Counted from the first letter of the stretch, positions 1 to 9,034 are shown. The stretch is 64,000 nt of DNA from Trueperaceae bacterium (GCA_965213925.1 OZ243927.1:4384001-4448000); one strand, 5' to 3'. Program-made: numbers and translations. The notes: a model not told the origin generated them from the letters alone.

Positions 1-860
1 ACTTAGCCAACGACCTCGGCAACCTCTTGAACCGCACGCTGGGGATGCTCGGGAAGTACCGTGGGGGCGTGATCGGTAAGCCGAGCGAGTTAGAGCCGTT
101 TGACGTGGAGCTGCGCGACGCTTTCGCCGACTTGCCCCGAACCGTGAGCGACCTCTTTGACGCGCTCCAATTCGAGCGGGCGATCGAAAAAGTTTTAGAA
201 GCGGTGCGCAAGGCGAACAAGTATATCGCCGACACGCAGCCCTGGGTTTTAGCGAGAAACGAGGCGCACGCGGCGCGTTTGGACACGGTTCTATACAACT
301 GCGCGGAATCCTTGCGGTGCGCGTCCATCTTACTCGAGCCCATCATCCCCCAGAAGTCCCTTGAACTCCGCGAACAGCTCGGTCTCACGGGTGCGGTCAC
401 ACTGCAAGACGCCGGTCAGTGGAACCTCACGCCGGAAAACACCCAGACGAAGCCCGGCCAGCCGCTCTTTCCGCGCATCGATATGGCGGCGTTACAAGAC
501 GCCTTGGAGCCGAAAGAGGACGCCCTGGAGCACAAACCCGAGGTGACGATCGACGACTTCGGCAAGCTCGAGTTCCGCGTCGCTGAAGTCACCAAGGTAG
601 AGCCGCACCCGAAAGCCGACAAGCTCTTGGTTCTATCTGTCAAGCTCGGACCCGAGGAGCGCACCATCGTCTCGGGCATCAAGCAGTTTTATAAGCCGGA
701 GGAGCTAGTCGGTAAAAAGGTCGTGATTATCGCTAACCTCAAGCCCGTCAAGCTGCGCGGAATCGAGTCGCAGGGGATGATCTTGGCGGCGGAGGACGCC
801 GAAACATTAAGTGTAACGACGCTGGATAGGGACATCTCGAGCGGGGCGGAGGTGCGCTAA
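1..860 (+). CDS. metG: Methionine--tRNA ligase, 3' part (5' end outside window), with C-terminal tRNA-binding OB domain
   Basis: Frame open from position 3 (LANDLGNLLNR, anticodon-binding domain); C-terminal HPKADKLL...RTIVSGI...NLKPVKLRGIESQGMILAA. Confidence 0.95.
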   Translation, partial: LANDLGNLLNRTLGMLGKYRGGVIGKPSELEPFDVELRDAFADLPRTVSDLFDALQFERAIEKVLEAVRKANKYIADTQPWVLARNEAHAARLDTVLYNCAESLRCASILLEPIIPQKSLELREQLGLTGAVTLQDAGQWNLTPENTQTKPGQPLFPRIDMAALQDALEPKEDALEHKPEVTIDDFGKLEFRVAEVTKVEPHPKADKLLVLSVKLGPEERTIVSGIKQFYKPEELVGKKVVIIANLKPVKLRGIESQGMILAAEDAETLSVTTLDRDISSGAEVR

Positions 861-866
861 ACGTAG

Positions 867-920
867 TGAGCGGTGAGGTTTAGCAGTGCGTTTTGAAGTA
901 CTCGCAAACCTCGCCGCTCA
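867..920. terminator. Long hairpin between convergent metG and vapC
   Basis: TGAGCGGTGAGGTTT (867-881) pairs with AAACCTCGCCGCTCA (906-920), one G-U pair. Confidence 0.55.
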
Positions 921-955
921 GCGTCTGTAGGTGGGGGAGATTCGGTGAAAAGTCG

Positions 956-1351
956 CTAAGGTGTACCCTTCAGAATGTTGACCGCTAGAGGTGCGACTTT
1001 CGCCAAACGGTCGTCATTAGTCCAAACTTGCGAGCAGCCGTAGGTTTCAGCTACAGAGAGGTGTAACGCATCCGGCGTTTTAAGACCGAACTGCGCCCGC
1101 TTCTCAGCCGCTTTTCGAAACACAGCTTCGTCTAAGTCTAAAGATGTTGTAGCAGCAAAAAACTGCTCAAAACGCTTCTCCAACATGGTGTCGCCGCGTT
1201 TGAGCGGTCCGACTGTACTCTCGAGTATGACCAGCGGTGAGATTGCAAAACCTTCGCGAGCATTTTGCCGAAACTGTTTCTCAATAGAGCTATAGAAGGT
1301 GGGGTGCTTCTCGACTAGATAGATAACGATACAACTATCGAGATAGATCAT
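956..1351 (-). CDS. vapC: PIN-domain VapC-family toxin
   Basis: MIYLDSCIVIY, SPLVILE, TPDALH, TNDDRL PIN acidic motifs; ATGA overlap with upstream antitoxin. Confidence 0.9.
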   Translation of the reverse strand: MIYLDSCIVIYLVEKHPTFYSSIEKQFRQNAREGFAISPLVILESTVGPLKRGDTMLEKRFEQFFAATTSLDLDEAVFRKAAEKRAQFGLKTPDALHLSVAETYGCSQVWTNDDRLAKVAPLAVNILKGTP

Positions 1352-1578
1352 TCATCCCAAGCGTTGCGCTCAGCTTGGATGTCTGCCTCAATTTCGTCAG
1401 GGCTGCGCGGTGAAAAGGGAATGGAGGCTAGGTGGTCGAGGAAGGTGAGCAGTGAAGTCTGAGGGCGGGTATCCTCTTCAAGAATCGTGACGAGAGCCTG
1501 CCTTGTATCGTTGAGAGTAACGGGCTCGAGCAGTTCCACCTTACCCTCTTTGTCAATTGTGGCTCTGAGCGTACGCAT
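1348..1578 (-). CDS. Putative antitoxin for the downstream VapC
   Basis: Small gene coupled to vapC; C-terminal RSPDEIEADIQAERNAWDE; start moved to ATG at 1578, 5 nt after TAAACT. Confidence 0.7.
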   Translation of the reverse strand: MRTLRATIDKEGKVELLEPVTLNDTRQALVTILEEDTRPQTSLLTFLDHLASIPFSPRSPDEIEADIQAERNAWDE

Positions 1579-1579
1579 A
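1523..1579. repeat. 57-bp direct repeat, copy 1 (5' end of antitoxin gene)
   Basis: 51/57 identical to 2328-2384. Confidence 0.9.
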
Positions 1580-1674
1580 GAATAGTTTAGCATCTGCTTT
1601 GTGGAGGAGGCTCGAGCCTAAATATCAGAAAAGGCTCGAATATCACGCCTAACGTGACCTGCTAAACTAACCTT

Positions 1675-1983
1675 ATGACGACACAAAAGCGACAATTCAT
1701 CACGGATGAGGCAGGTAAGCCCGTCGCAGTGATTCTGTCTTTAGAAGATTACGCCCGTGTTCGGAGTATTCTCGAGCCCGAGCAGAGCGAAGAGGACAAG
1801 CTAGCCCTCTTGCAAGAAGCGGCGAACGACGAGGCTTTCTTAGCTGATCTTTGGCAAGTTTTAGATGATGAGGCACTTTTAAGCCGTAGTGCAGATGACT
1901 TGCGAGCTGAGCTAAATAACCTCGAGCAAGATGTCGCTCAGTCTGACTTAGATGAATGGTTAGCCGCATTTGATAACGCATGA
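1675..1983 (+). CDS. Putative antitoxin (Phd-like N-terminus)
   Basis: QFITDEAGKPVAVILSLEDY; acidic; ATGA overlap with mazF. Confidence 0.7.
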   Translation: MTTQKRQFITDEAGKPVAVILSLEDYARVRSILEPEQSEEDKLALLQEAANDEAFLADLWQVLDDEALLSRSADDLRAELNNLEQDVAQSDLDEWLAAFDNA

Positions 1984-2327
1984 CTTACGAGCGGGGCGAT
2001 ATTGTTCTCGTTGACCTCGAGCCTACTATTGGTAGTGAACAAGGGTTTAAGCGCCCTTGTATTGTTATCTCAAACCTAGAGGTTATTACTGCGTCACGCT
2101 CGAGACCCCTCTACGTTATCATCCCTCTTACCCGCTCCGAAAAGCTTGTTGGACTACTTGCGCCGCGCCTTAGAGCGAGAGAAGGCGGTCTTCCCGCTGA
2201 TTCTACGGCACTAGTTATGCATGTGAGGAGCATTGACCCGAAACGAATTGTTCGCAAAGTAGGGACGCTCGATTCGGACGAGTTAGGTATAATTCAAGAG
2301 GGTTTGCGGGAGCTTTTGCAGATGTAA
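1980..2327 (+). CDS. mazF: PemK/MazF-family toxin
   Basis: RGDIVLVDLEPTIGSEQGFKRPCIVISN, VRSIDPKRI. Confidence 0.92.
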   Translation: MTYERGDIVLVDLEPTIGSEQGFKRPCIVISNLEVITASRSRPLYVIIPLTRSEKLVGLLAPRLRAREGGLPADSTALVMHVRSIDPKRIVRKVGTLDSDELGIIQEGLRELLQM

Positions 2328-2384
2328 GGCTCGAGCAGTTCCACCTTGTCCTCCTCATCAATTGTGGCTTTGAGCGTACGCATA
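2328..2384 (-). pseudogene. Truncated paralogue of the 1348-1578 antitoxin (about 19 codons); repeat copy 2
   Basis: Reads MRTLKATIDEEDKVELLEP vs MRTLRATIDKEGKVELLEP; homology ends at GGCTCGAG directly beside the mazF stop. Confidence 0.85.
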
Positions 2385-2406
2385 TCCGCCAGAGCTAGAA
2401 ACACCT

Positions 2407-2703
2407 TTAATTCACCCGCCGTACCGTGTCAAGCACCGCGTCAGGGTGTTTAGCCGCTACCTCCAGGAGCATCCTCGCAGGTCCTCTAGGTTTGCGCCGC
2501 CCCTGTTCCCAACCCTCGAGCGTACGCTCGCTGATGCCGAGCAAGGCCGCAAACTTACTGCGAGACATGCTGAAACTCTCGCGGATAGCGCGAACGTCAA
2601 TGTCTGCCACTCGAGAAACCCGTGCAGCTTCGGCTTCGCCGCGCAAGATGCGCCCGCCCTCGCGCACGCTCTCTAAAAGTTCATCAAAAAGTTCGTCGTT
2701 CAT
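2407..2703 (-). CDS. higA: HigA-like XRE/HTH antitoxin
   Basis: LFDELLESVRE...IRESFSMSRSKFAALLGISERTLEGWEQGRRKPRGPARMLL. Confidence 0.85.
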   Translation of the reverse strand: MNDELFDELLESVREGGRILRGEAEAARVSRVADIDVRAIRESFSMSRSKFAALLGISERTLEGWEQGRRKPRGPARMLLEVAAKHPDAVLDTVRRVN

Positions 2704-2796
2704 AAGTAGTCCTTTACAATCTGCATGAGCGCCTTGCGCTGCTTTGGGGTGAGGTCGTCTTGTACGTTCTTCGGATAAGCGTAGAGCATGAGCAGC
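2700..2796 (-). pseudogene. 3' remnant of a RelE/HigB-family toxin gene
   Basis: Minus strand LLMLYAYPKNVQDDLTPKQRKALMQIVKDYL*; stop overlaps higA start (ATGA); 5' two-thirds missing. Confidence 0.75.
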
Positions 2797-2850
2797 GAAT
2801 TTCTCAGTCTGTTTATGTTAGTAAAAGACACGCTATGCTAAATTGAACCT

Positions 2851-3072
2851 ATGGCTCACCTTACATTACATTTGCCGCATGAACTCAGCGAAAAGCTCAA
2901 ACACGCGGCCATGCAAGAGGACAAGGAACCTGAGAGGTTTGTGCTTGACGCGCTCGAGCGTCTGCTGGAAGAACCTTCGCTCGAGTTTATCGGGGCGTGG
3001 GAAGGTTCTAGCATAAAGCCCGAGGATGTCCTCGCCGCGCGAACATCGGGACGAGACATCGCCCTCGATTAG
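2851..3072 (+). CDS. Ribbon-helix-helix VapB-like antitoxin
   Basis: MAHLTLHLPHELSEKLK RHH pattern; abuts vapC. Confidence 0.75.
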   Translation: MAHLTLHLPHELSEKLKHAAMQEDKEPERFVLDALERLLEEPSLEFIGAWEGSSIKPEDVLAARTSGRDIALD

Positions 3073-3468
3073 ATGTACCTGCTCGACAGCGACACGCTCA
3101 TCTTTCTGCTCCGCAATCACCAAGCTGTCGTCGCACGTTTTCAGCGAGAGAAGAAGCAGGACCTACGTACTAGCATCATCTGTATCTCCGAGTTGCACTA
3201 CGGCGCTTACAAGTCGGGCGACGTGCAAAAGCACTTGTCACCCGTTCAGCAGTTGGCGCGTTACCTCTCCGTTCTTCCGCTCGACATAGCAGGTGCTGAC
3301 CAGTTCGGGCGTCTCAAAGCGCAGCTCGAGCGTCAAGGACAGCGCCTGAACGACGCAGACTTGTGGATTGCGGCGACGGCGCTTAGCCACAACTTTACGT
3401 TGGTGACGCATAACCAGAAACACTTTGCCCGCGTTCAAGGGTTGAAGTTGGAGGATTGGGTGGGTTGA
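3073..3468 (+). CDS. vapC: PIN-domain VapC-family toxin
   Basis: MYLLDSDT, SELHYGA, DLWIAATAL, LVTHNQKHF, LEDW. Confidence 0.93.
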   Translation: MYLLDSDTLIFLLRNHQAVVARFQREKKQDLRTSIICISELHYGAYKSGDVQKHLSPVQQLARYLSVLPLDIAGADQFGRLKAQLERQGQRLNDADLWIAATALSHNFTLVTHNQKHFARVQGLKLEDWVG

Positions 3469-4990
3469 GGCTCGAGGTCAGTTTCCTAAGTGAGTTTACC
3501 AGCCATGTTTAGAATTACGAGAATGCTAAAGCTCATCCGAACTGTTTAACATTGAAAGAATAAGTGGACGACTATAGATGTTCACTGCCAAATACCACAG
3601 ATAAATACTCTGAGCATCAAAGAATTGCCCATCGAATAGAAGACCGTGAGCTAAGTTGTTGCGGAAGTTGGCTCCAAATCTATCTACTAATAATCCTCTG
3701 AGGTCGTAGGAGGTATCTTTTCCAAGAACTTGTGAGATAGCAGAAAAGAACTCTTTCTCTTCCAACATCTTATTGAGGCTTATCTCATCCTGCACCCCTT
3801 TATCTGTATATTTCGAGGTAATTTCTCCCTGATAAAGAAGTATGTGACGAAGCGTTGCTTCTAGTTGAGGAACTAAGAGGTGTGAAGCCGTTAAAAAATC
3901 GCCCTGTAGACCTGCTACTATTCCCTTCAACACAGCGTACTCGTGTGCTTGAGGGATAAAGGGATTGCTGTTTGCGATGGGCGCTAGGTCCTGCAAAGTA
4001 AATATATGCGTATGTAATATTTCTTGTCGAGCAGGCTCTATAGCTATGCTGACAATTCCTTGACGGTGAATATTTTGAGACTGAAATACGTCAGCTAACA
4101 ATGTCTCATCTTGACTTCGCGGCGGGTTAGCGATGGTTCGCCCAAAACCATCGACAATTCTTGTAGGAAAGAGCTTCTTCAGTACGTATCGTTCTTCAGC
4201 AGCTTTGGCGCTTTCAACTAACATGTCAAAAGATAGGGGAGGTTGTAATCGAGCAAATTTTAGAAAAGAAGAAAGGAAATCTTGCGCTGTAACGGCTTCA
4301 ATAGCTCTGTGTCGCATCTTTTCTACTTCCGGGTTATCTTTGAGCGAAACTGAAGTAGAAACCATCTGCTCTTTGGCTTCTTTCTGTACTTTTAAGAGTT
4401 GCCTGTGTAACTCGCCTACCCTCTCCTGAGTATCAGAAATTGACCGATAGATGTGTATTGCTTTTTCCAACTGATACGTAACTTGAAACCGCACCAGGTT
4501 AGGGTTCTTCAAGCTTAAATTAGCTGCTTTTACCCACGTCTCAGCACTGTTGATAATAGCTTGTCTCGCGCTGTCTTCGTCTCCAAGCTTTTGGTAACAT
4601 CTTTCTGCTAACTTCCAATGCTCTTCTGCCCTAGACCAACTAGGTTCTGAGCTTCCCTCTTCGTTTTTAGCAAGCTTTTCTGCTAATTGGGCGAACTGGT
4701 TTATGTCACCGTAGTCGTTGTCAATCAGAAGGTGAATGAGTCGGTTGGAATAGAAAAGGGAATCTTGACCATCCTTTCGTGTGACGCACTTTTCAATGTA
4801 TTCGAGGATGTTACTGATCTCAGGCTTCTTCCTCAAGCTTTTCGCTAAATTTAGTGCGCGAGTCAACGCATAAACAGGTTCGACCCATCTTTCTGAACTA
4901 TCAGTGCGTTTAGCGTAATCTTGATACGCTAATATAGCAACTTCTGCACTTTGGTAGTCCTTCTTGAATTTCCATAAGACATCACCAATC

Positions 4991-5873
4991 ACCCCAATTC
5001 GGAAAAGGGAAATTCAAAGCTCAAATGCCCCTAAACGGCTGAGTTGGTAAGCGAGCAAGGTGGTGTAAACGTGCAGGATGCAGCCCACCGTCGAGCGGTA
5101 GGGTCTGTCAGAGAGTCCAAGTCTATCCAAGGACGAGAAGACCGACTCAACGATGCGGTGTCCTTGGTAAAGCCTCTGCTCACGCTTGGGCGGGGGTAGC
5201 TGGTTGCTGCGGCGCGGGGTTATAAGGTCAACCGCTTGGGAGGCAACGTCGGCTTTAAGCTCGGAGCTGATATAGCCTTTATCGGCGGTTACAATGGCGT
5301 AAGTGAGTTTGTCTAGTAGGCGAGGCGCGACCTTAACATCATGTTCGTTCGCGCCTCGCAGCAGTACCTCACAGAGTCTGCCTGTATCGTCCACACGCGC
5401 ATGAAGCCGAAAGCCATAGAAGGTGGTGTTATGGACGTGGTCACGCCCATAACTGCCCGCAAGCTTGGTCCTTTTAGCACGGGCAAAATCTACTACTTCT
5501 AGTTTCTTCGAGTCGAGGTGCTGTTTCGTCGTGTTATGCCCGGTGCAAAGCTGTTTAACCGCGAGAATAATCTGTCCTATCAGGAGGCGCTTACGCTCAC
5601 AAAACGTTGAGGGTACAGGTACGTCCACGCCGAACGATGCAGCAACTTCAAGCATCTTCCGGCTATAGCGAAAACTCGACAGCTTCTGATAGACCGCTAA
5701 GGCGATGATGAACGAGTCTGGAAAAACAGGAGCACGTCCTTGAGGGGCTTTTCTACGCTTCTTGAGGGGTAAACGTTCGACGGCTTGTATAATCTCTTCG
5801 AGGGTTGGGATTTTGCGCATACATCATTGCAACCCTCACTTCTCCCGCTGTCAAATCTTTTCCGAATTGGCGT
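4991..5873 (-). mobile_element. IS982-family insertion sequence, isoform 1 (883 bp)
   Basis: 17-bp IRs ACCCCAATTCGGAAAAG / ACGCCAATTCGGAAAAG; 5-bp target duplication CAATC (4986-4990, 5874-5878). Confidence 0.9.
5014..5820 (-). CDS. IS982-family DDE transposase
   Basis: LDSK, FYGFRLH, ADKGY, RIVESVFS motifs. Confidence 0.88.
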   Translation of the reverse strand: MRKIPTLEEIIQAVERLPLKKRRKAPQGRAPVFPDSFIIALAVYQKLSSFRYSRKMLEVAASFGVDVPVPSTFCERKRLLIGQIILAVKQLCTGHNTTKQHLDSKKLEVVDFARAKRTKLAGSYGRDHVHNTTFYGFRLHARVDDTGRLCEVLLRGANEHDVKVAPRLLDKLTYAIVTADKGYISSELKADVASQAVDLITPRRSNQLPPPKREQRLYQGHRIVESVFSSLDRLGLSDRPYRSTVGCILHVYTTLLAYQLSRLGAFEL

Positions 5874-6302
5874 CAATCCTACTCTTCAAAGCAGCATTAC
5901 TGATATTCCCAAGAATACTCTTTAGTATCTCTGCGTCAGTATCTGCTAGCTGTCCACTGTTAAATAATCGGCTGCTTAACTGCTCAGGATTACCAAAAAC
6001 CTCCTTTTGATCAGGGTGAAATGGTAGAAGAACAACTACTGCTAGCAGATCAAATAGATGTGCAAACCGCAAATTCTTTTGTTTAATATATTCATTGTGC
6101 TTTTCAACAAGAGGGCTATAAAGTTTGCGCACATTGTTGTCGGGTAAAACTTCATCTAAATTTAGTTGTTGCAACTCTAAATCTGAAAACGAAAACTTGT
6201 TCATATATATAGCTATTTTACGCCTTCTTTCGCTTCTACACGAAGAATCCCGATGCCCTTCCTCAAAATTTGATAAGGGTTTGTAGTCGTATTCCATCGC
6301 CC

Positions 6303-6419
6303 TCAAACTACACTCATCCCCCCATCCACCCCTACAACCTGCCCCGTCATAAACCCCGACGCATCCGAGCCCAAAAGTACCGCCACCCCTTTCAGGTCCT
6401 CTGACCCACCCACATGACC
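6303..6419 (-). pseudogene. 3' remnant of a short-chain dehydrogenase gene
   Basis: Minus strand GHVGGSEDLKGVAVLLGSDASGFMTGQVVGVDGGMSVV*, a typical SDR C-terminus; no 5' part. Confidence 0.75.
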
Positions 6420-6516
6420 CTCACACATACCTCTCTAACCCCTCTTTCGTAAACTGACAGCTAGCGTTCCGCGTGCTCGAGCTTACCGGTCGGGAGAAGA
6501 TGCAGAGAGGGAGACC

Positions 6517-7260
6517 ATGCCTACAATCGACGTTCGCTTCTTAGGCGGCTTGAGCGCCGCGCAGCAAAGTGCTTTTTCGGTCGCAGCGGCGCGGTGGCAA
6601 GAGGTCTTGCCCGCGCCACTGCCAGCGGTAACAGTGGACGGCGAAGTCACCGACGGCGTCATCATCGAGGCGGAGGGGGTTAATATCGACGGCAGCGGCA
6701 GCGTGTTGGGCTCGGCGGGTCCGACAGTCTTACGTCCTAACCTGCTCCTGCCCGTGAAAGGCATCATGCGCTTTGACATTGCGGATATTCGGCAGCTCGA
6801 GGCTGAGGGAACCTTCCAGAGCGTCATCTTGCACGAGATGGGGCACGTCTTAGGTATCGGCACGCTCTGGGTGCAACTCGGACTGCTGCGGGGCGCGGGT
6901 ACAGAAAATCCGACCTTTACGGGGCTAACAGCGCAAGCGGTCTACGGCGAGCTTTTGGACGCCCTCCAACCTCTCCCCGTGCCCGTCGCGAACACGGGCG
7001 GACCCGGCACGCGCGAAGGGCATTGGCGCGAGGCGGTCTTCGGCAACGAGTTGATGACAGGCTTTTTGTCCGGCGAATGCCAACCCCTGAGCCGCCTCAC
7101 CGCCGCGTCCCTGAGCGACTTAGGCTACGAGGTTGACGAGGGTGCGGCTGACCCTTACGCGCTCGGCGAAGCGTCGGATAGCGTCCAGGCACTCCCCCTT
7201 TGCAAGCGCGACATGATGAGACCCGAGCCCGTCGTTCTACCTGAAAGTGCGCTCCTCTAA
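6517..7260 (+). CDS. Leishmanolysin-like (M8-related) zinc metallopeptidase
   Basis: HEMGHVLG zinc motif, GHWRE and ELMTG downstream motifs. Confidence 0.85.
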   Translation: MPTIDVRFLGGLSAAQQSAFSVAAARWQEVLPAPLPAVTVDGEVTDGVIIEAEGVNIDGSGSVLGSAGPTVLRPNLLLPVKGIMRFDIADIRQLEAEGTFQSVILHEMGHVLGIGTLWVQLGLLRGAGTENPTFTGLTAQAVYGELLDALQPLPVPVANTGGPGTREGHWREAVFGNELMTGFLSGECQPLSRLTAASLSDLGYEVDEGAADPYALGEASDSVQALPLCKRDMMRPEPVVLPESALL

Positions 7261-7335
7261 ACGATTCAACGACGAGTATAGCGCCCGACATCCCCTCCAC
7301 AGGAGAGGTGTAGACTGGCTCTCCTGGAGGCTGCC

Positions 7336-8727
7336 GTGCGCACCCGCTCGCGTTTATTCACCCACACAGGCTTAACCCACAAAGTCGCGTTTCTCGCCGC
7401 GCCTTTAATCTTGCAAAACCTCTCGTACACCCTGTTGGGCGTGACGGATACCTTTTTCGTGTCTAGGGTCAGTACCGAAGCGGTGGGCGCAGTGGGCTTG
7501 GCGGGCGTGCTCTTCTTCTCGCTGATGCTCCTCTTTCGCTCGACGGCGGCGAGCAGCGTCGTCTTCGTCGGGCGGGCGCACGGCGCGAAGGATGACGCGG
7601 GCGTAGGCGAAGCGGTCTGGCAGGTGCTCAACATGATCGCGCTCCTCACGCTTTTAGCCTTGACGCTGCCTTGGGTCTTCACCTTTTTGTTTCAGTTTGC
7701 TGCCCCGGATGACGGCGCGGTGCTGGCGCTCGGCACGCAGTACTTGCAGATTCGGGCGTTTGAGGTTCCTTTAGCCATGTTCAACGGCGTGGTGTGGGGC
7801 TTTTTGGTCGGGCGCGGCGACTCGCGCACGCCGATGCTGTTAGCTTGGTTGCAGGTTTTAATCAACATTGTGCTCGACTGGTTTTTGGTCTTGGGCAACT
7901 TCGGGTTTCCGGCTTGGGGGGTCGCGGGTGCGGCGGTTGCGACGGTTGTGGCGAACGCCGTTGTCACGTTGGTCAGCGCGTGGCTTTTGTGGCGTCCGGC
8001 GGCGCACGCGCGTTTTGCGACGAGACGCGCCCGCCGTTCGACCTTGCCGCAACTGCGCCGCGTGCTCGCGACGGGGTTGCCGATGGGCGTAGGCGACTTT
8101 GTCGAGGTCGCGTCGTTCACCGCCTTTTTTGCGCTCATTGGGAGGCTCGGTACGGAGGTCTTAGCGGCGAACAACATCGCCTTGCAGTTTATGAGCCTCT
8201 CGTTCACGGCGGGGATTGCGGTGGCGCAGGCAAGCTCGAGCCTCGTCGCCCAGCATCTAGGCGCAGAAGAGCCCCAACAAGCCGAGCGCGTCGGCTACCG
8301 CGCGACCTTTTTGGGAATGGGGCTGATGGGTCTCATCGGGCTCAGCTACCTCATCGCGCCGACCTTTTTGATGCGAATCTTCAGCGACGACCCGCAAGTC
8401 ATTGCGGCGGGCGTCGCGATTTTGCGCCTCGTCGCGCTCTACCAAATTTTCGACGCGGCGGCGATTGTCTTAGGCGGCTCGCTCAATGGGGCAGGCGACA
8501 CGACCTACACCATGCTGATGCGGCTCTTTTTCGCCTGGGGGATGTTTATCCCGCTCTCGTACCTCTTAGCGTTTCCGCTCGGCTACGGGGTGAGAGGGGC
8601 GTGGGCTGGCGCGATGGTATATCTGGCAGGGCTCGCGCTCATCTATCTGTTGCGCTTTCGTTCGGGGCGGTGGAAGCGGTTGGACGTTGGGGTTGAAAGG
8701 AGAGCGTCAGCGGTGCCGAACAGTTAA
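7336..8727 (+). CDS. MATE-family efflux transporter
   Basis: About 12 hydrophobic segments; DTFFVS, GRGDSRTPM, GAGDTTYTM; GGAGG RBS. Confidence 0.9.
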   Translation: MRTRSRLFTHTGLTHKVAFLAAPLILQNLSYTLLGVTDTFFVSRVSTEAVGAVGLAGVLFFSLMLLFRSTAASSVVFVGRAHGAKDDAGVGEAVWQVLNMIALLTLLALTLPWVFTFLFQFAAPDDGAVLALGTQYLQIRAFEVPLAMFNGVVWGFLVGRGDSRTPMLLAWLQVLINIVLDWFLVLGNFGFPAWGVAGAAVATVVANAVVTLVSAWLLWRPAAHARFATRRARRSTLPQLRRVLATGLPMGVGDFVEVASFTAFFALIGRLGTEVLAANNIALQFMSLSFTAGIAVAQASSSLVAQHLGAEEPQQAERVGYRATFLGMGLMGLIGLSYLIAPTFLMRIFSDDPQVIAAGVAILRLVALYQIFDAAAIVLGGSLNGAGDTTYTMLMRLFFAWGMFIPLSYLLAFPLGYGVRGAWAGAMVYLAGLALIYLLRFRSGRWKRLDVGVERRASAVPNS

Positions 8728-8814
8728 AAGTAGCGTCTCTACATTCTCCGTCTCCAAAGCGTTCGAACGTTGCACCAGTAGACCACGCTGGAAAAGTTCC
8801 AGAAAGAGGCAAAT

Positions 8815-8853
8815 GTAGGGGCGATTCATACAGTGATGAACATGTGCCCCTAC
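8815..8853. repeat. GTAG-type REP-like palindrome
   Basis: GTAGGGGC...GCCCCTAC termini with inner TTCAT/ATGAA pairing. Confidence 0.55.
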
Positions 8854-8914
8854 GCCGCGCACTTCTTCGCGGAGAAAGATAATCGTATAAAATTCAAAGA
8901 GGTTGAGCAATATA

Positions 8915-8990
8915 GCAGGTATCATCTGGTTTGAGCCAATCTCACGAGATAAAACATCGTTCAGCACGCACTTTAGGGGATGATACCTGC
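8915..8990 (+). repeat. Dispersed MITE-like element, copy E1 (76-bp core form)
   Basis: 12-bp perfect terminal IR GCAGGTATCATC...GATGATACCTGC; 52/69 ungapped identity to 12394-12462. Confidence 0.75.
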
Positions 8991-9034
8991 GTGATTCAAA
9001 CTCAGTACTTCTGATAACCGCTATACTAAAAAGT

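Larger units (their letters stand above)
3526..6204 (-). pseudogene. DUF4209-like protein (about 596 aa when intact) with HEPN-type RxxxxH motif, interrupted by IS
   Basis: ORFs 5851-6306 and 3526-4992 rejoin in frame (LKSRI-GDVLWK) after removing the IS and one target copy; C-terminal HLLVPQLE and GANFRNNLAHG; low GC. Confidence 0.8.

Noticed and set aside
956..3480. TA array as an integron cassette array
   Set aside because: No integrase in the window, modules alternate in orientation, and GCCTAAC near 1647 has no matching GTTRRRY or attC-like structure
7794..8696. 300-aa alternative-frame ORF
   Set aside because: Lies inside the MATE gene; Arg/Gly-rich shadow ORF
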